From: Methylophaga sp.
GTDB taxonomy: Bacteria; Pseudomonadota; Gammaproteobacteria; Nitrosococcales; Methylophagaceae
Direction: 5' to 3'
NCBI GenBank assembly: GCA_030148085.1
Contig: JASBUF010000069.1
Coordinates: 4,924-68,923, forward strand
DNA: 64,000 nt
In this document: in pieces, positions 58,810 through 64,000 of the stretch
Layout: each line of letters opens with the position of its first letter
Position numbering within the stretch: position 1 is the first letter of the stretch
Position numbers and translations under genes: made by a program
Notes under the pieces: model-generated
Told to the model about the DNA's origin: nothing
Databases searched by the model: none
Seen by the model: the letters and a program-made list of their open reading frames with translations, nothing else

Positions 58810-59466
58810 ATGCTGGAATTGTTTAAAGCAGGCGGTTGGCTGATGATACCGCTGTTTATCTGTTCGGTAATTTCTATCGGTATCATTGCTGAGCGTTTCT
58901 GGAGCTTACAGAAAAAGCGTATTGCGCCTGGCGAGCTGGTCACCCAGATTTGGCAGTGGCTGCAATACAAACAGGTTGACGAGCAGCGTATCAAAGCCCT
59001 GCAGGCAAATTCGCCACTGGGTCAGGTTCTGGCCGCAGGCCTTATCAACCGCAACAGTTCACGGGATATTACCAAGGAAAGTATTCAGGATGTCGGCCGT
59101 CACGTGACTGTCGCCATGGAGCGTTATCTCAACACACTGGGCACGATTGCCGCTATCTCACCACTCATTGGTCTGCTCGGTACCGTTATCGGCATGATTA
59201 AGGTGTTTGCCGTCATCACTGCCGAAGGTGTGGGAAACCCTGAAACCCTGGCAGGCGGTATTTCCGAAGCCTTGATCACCACCGCAACCGGTCTGGTTGT
59301 GGCGATTCCGAGCCTGATTTTCTACCGCTACTTCCGCGGCAAAATCAGTAAGCTGGTTGTCGGAATGGAAGAACAGGCCATGCAACTGATCGAGATTCTG
59401 CATGGCGAGCGTCAATTTGATGTTGATGAGGAAACACGACGTGAATCTGTCACCACAACGATCTGA
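58810..59466 (+). CDS. exbB: MotA/TolQ/ExbB proton channel family protein
   Basis: LGTIAAISPLIGLLGTV.GMI and GISEALITTA.GL motifs. Confidence 0.88.
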   Translation: MLELFKAGGWLMIPLFICSVISIGIIAERFWSLQKKRIAPGELVTQIWQWLQYKQVDEQRIKALQANSPLGQVLAAGLINRNSSRDITKESIQDVGRHVTVAMERYLNTLGTIAAISPLIGLLGTVIGMIKVFAVITAEGVGNPETLAGGISEALITTATGLVVAIPSLIFYRYFRGKISKLVVGMEEQAMQLIEILHGERQFDVDEETRRESVTTTI

Positions 59467-59863
59467 GGATCCCGATGTCAATCTGACACCGATGATTGAC
59501 GTCGTTTTCCTGTTATTACTGTTCTTTATGGTGTCTACCAGTTTTATCCGTGAAAGCTCACTCAAGGTGAACCTGCCGGAAGCCACCGGCGAAGCCATGC
59601 TGGAGCAGGATCAGCCGATTGATATCGTGATTCAGGCCGACGGCCAGTTTCTGGTCAATGGCGAAGCGCTACCCACCGTGAGCCGTGAAATCCTGCAGAA
59701 CGTGCTGAAATCAGTAGTGGGTGACAATGCGGATCCACACATCATTATCAGCGCCGATGCCGACGCTCAATATCAACATATCGTCACGGCAATGGATACC
59801 GCACAACAGCTGGGCTACACCAAACTGACGCTGGCTACCCGTCAAAGCAGAACAGAGAACTAA
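59441..59863 (+). CDS. exbD: ExbD/TolR family protein
   Basis: VNLTPMIDVVFLLLLFFMV and AD...YQ.IV..MD motifs; GTG start behind GAGGA. Confidence 0.88.
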   Translation: MNLSPQRSEDPDVNLTPMIDVVFLLLLFFMVSTSFIRESSLKVNLPEATGEAMLEQDQPIDIVIQADGQFLVNGEALPTVSREILQNVLKSVVGDNADPHIIISADADAQYQHIVTAMDTAQQLGYTKLTLATRQSRTEN

Positions 59864-61617
59864 TGACACAACAACACGCTGAAATCAGCGCTATACAGCT
59901 GTATAAGCGCCTGCTGCGCTATGCAAAACCCTATTGGCGTGTATTTCTCGCCGTTATCCTGGCAATGGTAGTGTATTCAGCGACCGAAGCCGGTGTCGCC
60001 ATGATCATGAAACCATTGATGGACGATGGCTTTGTCGGCCGTGATACCGATGTGATCACCATGCTTCCCTTAGCCATTATCGGGCTGTTTTTAATTCGTG
60101 GTCTGGCCGATTTTTTTACCACATACGGGCTTGGTTGGATTGCACGTAATGTCATCAAAACGCTGCGTGAACAAATGTTCAACAAGCTGCTAGTCTTGCC
60201 CTCTGCTTTCTACGACCACAGCACCTCAGGTCAATTGATGTCAAAACTGCTCTACGATGTGGAGCAAGTGGCCTCTGCCGCGACAGACGCAGCACTGACC
60301 ATGATTCGTGACAGCTTGACGATTCTCGGCCTACTCGCCTGGATGCTCTACCTGAGTGGTTTTCTATCCTTGCTCATCTTATTTACAGTACCGTTTATTG
60401 CTCTGCTGGTGTACTACATTAGCGTTCGCTTCCGACGCATCAGTAAAAATATCCAGAACTCAATGGGTAATGTGAGTCATGTTTCGGGGGAAATCATTGA
60501 TGGTCATCGTGAGGTGAAGACCTTTGGCGGCCAGGCTTACGAAACCAAACGCTTTGATAAAGTTAATCAAGGCAATCGCCAGCAGCAGATGAAAAAGATC
60601 GCTACGGATGCAGTTGCACAACCGTTGACAGCTTTGATTGCTGCCGTTGGTATGGCACTGGTCATTTATATTGCGACCCTGCCACAGATGCTCGATAAAA
60701 TTACGGTGGGTGACTTCATCTCCTTTGTGACTGCAATGATGATGCTACTGACACCAATGAAACGTCTTACCAAGGTCAACGCCAAGCTACAGGCAGGTAT
60801 TGCTGCTGCAGAGAGCATATTTAATTTATTAGATGAAAAGCCTGAGGTCGATGAGGGTAAGCTGACGATAGAGCGGGCTAAAGGTCATATTGAATACCGT
60901 CATCTCAGCTTCAGCTACAACGCCGACAAAGCCAAAGTGTTGGATGATATCTCCTTTATCGCCGCACCAGGACAAACTATCGCCTTTGTGGGACATTCAG
61001 GAAGTGGTAAAACGACCCTGGTCAGCTTGTTGGCGCGCTTTTATAACGTTGATCAAGGTCAGATTTTTATCGACGGCATTGACATCAATCAACTGCAACT
61101 GAGTGCATTACGTCGGCAAATGTCACTGGTTAATCAACAGGTCGTGTTGTTTAACGACACGGTTGCTAACAATATCCGTTATGGTTTGTCGGACGATGTG
61201 TCTGAGGACGCTATCATTGAGGCTGCTAAAGCGGCCCACGCCTGGGACTTTATTCAGCGTCTGCCAGATGGCCTGCACACCCAAGTTGGTGAAAATGGTG
61301 TTTTGCTCTCCGGTGGTCAGCGTCAGCGTCTGGCTATAGCCCGAGCATTATTGCGTGATGCACCGATCCTGATTCTGGATGAAGCCACCTCGGCGCTGGA
61401 TACCGAAGCCGAACGTCATATTCAGGCTGCACTGGAAACCCTGATGCAGCAACGCACGACATTGGTTATCGCCCATCGTCTGTCGACCATTGAAAATGCC
61501 GACCGCATCGTCGTGATGCATAACGGTGAAATTCTCGAATCCGGTACCCATGCCGAGTTGCTGGCCAAGGGCAGCCACTATGCCGAACTGCACCGGCTGC
61601 AGTTTCAGGAAGCCTAA
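59863..61617 (+). CDS. msbA: Lipid A flippase MsbA
   Basis: 6-TM ABC exporter with GHSGSGKT, LSGGQRQR and ILDEATSALD; precedes lpxK. Confidence 0.94.
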   Translation: MTQQHAEISAIQLYKRLLRYAKPYWRVFLAVILAMVVYSATEAGVAMIMKPLMDDGFVGRDTDVITMLPLAIIGLFLIRGLADFFTTYGLGWIARNVIKTLREQMFNKLLVLPSAFYDHSTSGQLMSKLLYDVEQVASAATDAALTMIRDSLTILGLLAWMLYLSGFLSLLILFTVPFIALLVYYISVRFRRISKNIQNSMGNVSHVSGEIIDGHREVKTFGGQAYETKRFDKVNQGNRQQQMKKIATDAVAQPLTALIAAVGMALVIYIATLPQMLDKITVGDFISFVTAMMMLLTPMKRLTKVNAKLQAGIAAAESIFNLLDEKPEVDEGKLTIERAKGHIEYRHLSFSYNADKAKVLDDISFIAAPGQTIAFVGHSGSGKTTLVSLLARFYNVDQGQIFIDGIDINQLQLSALRRQMSLVNQQVVLFNDTVANNIRYGLSDDVSEDAIIEAAKAAHAWDFIQRLPDGLHTQVGENGVLLSGGQRQRLAIARALLRDAPILILDEATSALDTEAERHIQAALETLMQQRTTLVIAHRLSTIENADRIVVMHNGEILESGTHAELLAKGSHYAELHRLQFQEA

Positions 61618-61625
61618 CTGCCCTG

Positions 61626-62609
61626 ATGAAATGGCTTACTGACAGCTGGTATCGCCCTCACCCTCTGCGATGGTTCTTGGTACCGCTTAGTCTGCTGTAC
61701 CAACTGATTGCCACGATTAGAAAACACGCTTTTCAGCGCGACTGGCTGACACGACATCGCCTACGTGTGCCAGTCATTATCGTTGGCAATATCAGCGTCG
61801 GCGGCACCGGTAAAACCCCGTTTGTTATCTGGCTCTGTGAACAACTACAACAGGCCGGCTATAAACCGGGCATCATCAGTCGCGGTTATGGCGGCAAGGC
61901 ACCCCGTTACCCACTCGAGGTCGATGCAACAACACCCACCAAACAAGCCGGTGATGAACCTGTTTTGATTGCCCGTCGCACGCAATGCCCGGTGGTGGTT
62001 GATCCCAACCGCAGTCGGGCAGCTGTGCACCTGTTAAGCCAGCACCGCTGCGATCTGATTATCTCTGATGATGGTTTGCAGCATTACGCCTTGCAGCGTG
62101 ATATTGAGATATGCCTAGTTGATAGTCAGCGCCGCTTTGGCAATAAACTCAGTCTACCCGCAGGGCCGTTAAGAGAACCTGTATCCCGCCTGCAGAGTGT
62201 CGATTTTGTCGTTTATAACGGCGAAGCAGCGAGCCAACGCTATCAGATGCAACTGGCCCCCACGCAATGGGTGAATCTGGCCGATCCCAATATCACGCTG
62301 CCGCTGAACGCGTTCGCACAGCGGGAAGTGCATGCCATCGCCGGGATTGGTAACCCGCAGCGCTTTTTTGATCAGCTTTGTGAGTTCAATCCGATCGTAC
62401 ACCCTCACGCCTTTGACGATCATCATGCCTTTGATGAGGCTGATCTGAGTTTTGATGATGGCCTGCCGGTACTGATGACCGAGAAGGATGCTGTAAAATG
62501 TCAGGCATTCGCTAAAGACTTTTACTGGTACCTGCCGGTCTCCGCTGAGATTGATAACGGACTGGCGCAAGCCATATTGACTAAATTGAAGGACACCCCT
62601 CATGGATAA
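61626..62609 (+). CDS. lpxK: Tetraacyldisaccharide 4'-kinase
   Basis: [33 protein letters not shown] and TEKDAVK motifs. Confidence 0.95.
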   Translation: MKWLTDSWYRPHPLRWFLVPLSLLYQLIATIRKHAFQRDWLTRHRLRVPVIIVGNISVGGTGKTPFVIWLCEQLQQAGYKPGIISRGYGGKAPRYPLEVDATTPTKQAGDEPVLIARRTQCPVVVDPNRSRAAVHLLSQHRCDLIISDDGLQHYALQRDIEICLVDSQRRFGNKLSLPAGPLREPVSRLQSVDFVVYNGEAASQRYQMQLAPTQWVNLADPNITLPLNAFAQREVHAIAGIGNPQRFFDQLCEFNPIVHPHAFDDHHAFDEADLSFDDGLPVLMTEKDAVKCQAFAKDFYWYLPVSAEIDNGLAQAILTKLKDTPHG

Positions 62610-62781
62610 TGCCTTACTTGAAATTCTGGCCTGCCCCGCCTGCAAAGGCAGCGTGCACTACATCAAAGCCAAACAGGAACTGGTCTGCCGTGGCTGCCGT
62701 CTGGCTTACCCCGTGCGTGATGATATTCCGGTGATGCTCACCGAAGAAGCACGCGAACTGGCTGCCGACGAAGAGGTGTAA
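62602..62781 (+). CDS. ycaR: Trm112 family protein YcaR (59 aa), absent from the ORF track
   Basis: Manual translation [16 protein letters not shown]...[20 protein letters not shown]; canonical lpxK-ycaR-kdsB order. Confidence 0.92.
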   Translation: MDNALLEILACPACKGSVHYIKAKQELVCRGCRLAYPVRDDIPVMLTEEARELAADEEV

Positions 62782-63537
62782 ATGAGCTTCAAAATCGTCA
62801 TACCGGCACGCTATGCGTCCAGCCGCCTGCCTGGTAAGCCGCTGCTCGATATTGCTGGCAAACCGATGTTGCAACATGTGTTCGAGCGGGCAAAAGAAAG
62901 TGATGCAGAAGACGTTATTATCGCGACAGACGACCAACGTATCGCCGATGTTGCCAATCAGTTTGGCGCCGATGTCTGCATGACGTCTGATCAGCACCGC
63001 TCCGGCACTGATCGTCTGGCAGAAGTGGTCAGCCAGCGTGGCTTTGCTGATAACGACATCATTATCAACGTTCAGGGTGATGAGCCTTGTCTGCCTGCAC
63101 TACTCATTAATCAAGTGGCGGCCGATCTGGCTGAATACCCGGATGCGGATATGGCCTCTTTGTTCAGCAAGATTCAGCTGGAAAAGCAGGTGTTCGACCC
63201 GAATGTGGTCAAGGTGGTGATGAACGCGCAGGGTTATGCGCTTTATTTCAGCCGAGCACCGATTCCGTGGATGCGCGACCATTTCAGCAGCGATAATCCG
63301 CTCCCTGCGGATATGCCTCACTACAGACATATCGGCCTGTATGGCTACCGTGCAGCTTTCCTCAAGCACTACGCAGAAATGATACCCTGCCTGCTGGAAA
63401 CAGAAGAATCCCTGGAACAGCTACGCGCACTATTCCACGGGAAAAAGATTCATATGTCAGAAGCGTTGATCAGTGCCGGACACGGTGTCGACACCGAAGC
63501 CGATCTGAACGAAGTCAGACAGCTATTTACTGAGTAG
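62782..63537 (+). CDS. kdsB: 3-deoxy-manno-octulosonate cytidylyltransferase
   Basis: IPARYASSRLPGKPL, SGTDR, NVQGDEP, YFSRAPIP and LEQLR motifs. Confidence 0.96.
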   Translation: MSFKIVIPARYASSRLPGKPLLDIAGKPMLQHVFERAKESDAEDVIIATDDQRIADVANQFGADVCMTSDQHRSGTDRLAEVVSQRGFADNDIIINVQGDEPCLPALLINQVAADLAEYPDADMASLFSKIQLEKQVFDPNVVKVVMNAQGYALYFSRAPIPWMRDHFSSDNPLPADMPHYRHIGLYGYRAAFLKHYAEMIPCLLETEESLEQLRALFHGKKIHMSEALISAGHGVDTEADLNEVRQLFTE

Positions 63538-63798
63538 TTTATCGAGACCTGCCGCCACCAGCTCGGCGTGCAGGTTTCCTTCCCCATCAAATACCGGCAA
63601 GGTATAGGTCACTGGTACTGTACGATGGCCTTCGCCATATTGAGTCGGCTGAATATTGTGGTCGTTTTCGAGTACTTGCAGGACCAGCTCGCGACCATCC
63701 AGCAGTTCAATAATTTCACAGCGGTGCTGATGGTAACTCACCTGCTGGCCAATCAAGGCCAGCAGATCGTCAGCAGGAATATTACTGTTCCTCGGCAT
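63523..63798 (-). CDS. Hypothetical protein (91 aa)
   Basis: Fills the space between kdsB and the upstream minus-strand gene with short overlaps; globular-looking sequence. Confidence 0.6.
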   Translation of the reverse strand: MPRNSNIPADDLLALIGQQVSYHQHRCEIIELLDGRELVLQVLENDHNIQPTQYGEGHRTVPVTYTLPVFDGEGNLHAELVAAGLDKLLSK

Positions 63799-64000
63799 GG
63801 GTCGTAGCGCTCACTTCAGGTTTGGCCTTGGTTTTCTTCTCCACGACATTATCATCCGAAGTAGACTTTTTTTCTACCGTCTTCGTCTCAGACTTAACCT
63901 CGGTATTAGCAGGCTTGTCAGCTACATTTGCCTGAGCTGTCTCAGTTGACTCAGGTTTGTCACGGTTATCCGCACGACGACGACGTGGTGCTGATGAACT
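63782..64000 (-). CDS. rne: 3' end of a gene with a disordered, charged tail, probably ribonuclease E
   Basis: Open frame from the window edge (SSSAPRRRRADNRDKPES...HAEEQ*); identity inferred only from tail composition and the usual kdsB...rne synteny. Confidence 0.5.
   Translation of the reverse strand, partial: SSSAPRRRRADNRDKPESTETAQANVADKPANTEVKSETKTVEKKSTSDDNVVEKKTKAKPEVSATTHAEEQ

Overview
Core-chromosome segment of a polarly flagellated gammaproteobacterium. Gene content and order suggest a Methylophaga-like/Thiotrichales organism, but that is an inference. From left to right: ubiH/ubiI-type hydroxylases, rhlB-trxA-uvrD, a tightly packed mixed operon (orphan TRAP receptor, DUF411, DMT transporter, beta-propeller, DEAD-box helicase, PqiA), ppc-glgA divergent from zwf, a P-type ATPase and psd. 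Next is a ~23 kb Pseudomonas-type flagellar/chemotaxis block (fliL-fliL-fliMNOPQR-flhBAF-flhG-fliA-cheYZAB-motCD-parA-cheW-cheW-DUF2802, a c-di-GMP enzyme, a FlhB C-terminal homologue and a FliK-like gene). It is followed by pgl-glk-apaG, ilvA/rpiA, lolC/E-lolD, comEC-exbBD-msbA-lpxK-ycaR-kdsB and the probable 3' end of rne. I found no rRNA, tRNA, CRISPR array, prophage or transposase. The best leads are: (i) three proteins, two of them small and one missed by the ORF track, that share a FliK-type C-terminal tail; (ii) a 400-bp intergenic mosaic of structured palindromic elements between pqiA and ppc; (iii) gene order consistent with a ~30 kb inversion that split zwf from pgl-glk; (iv) a pseudo-receiver/GSDEF/EAL protein and an Arg-rich pentapeptide-repeat membrane protein flanking the fliK-like/flhB-like pair. 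None of these is proven to be a new system from sequence alone.
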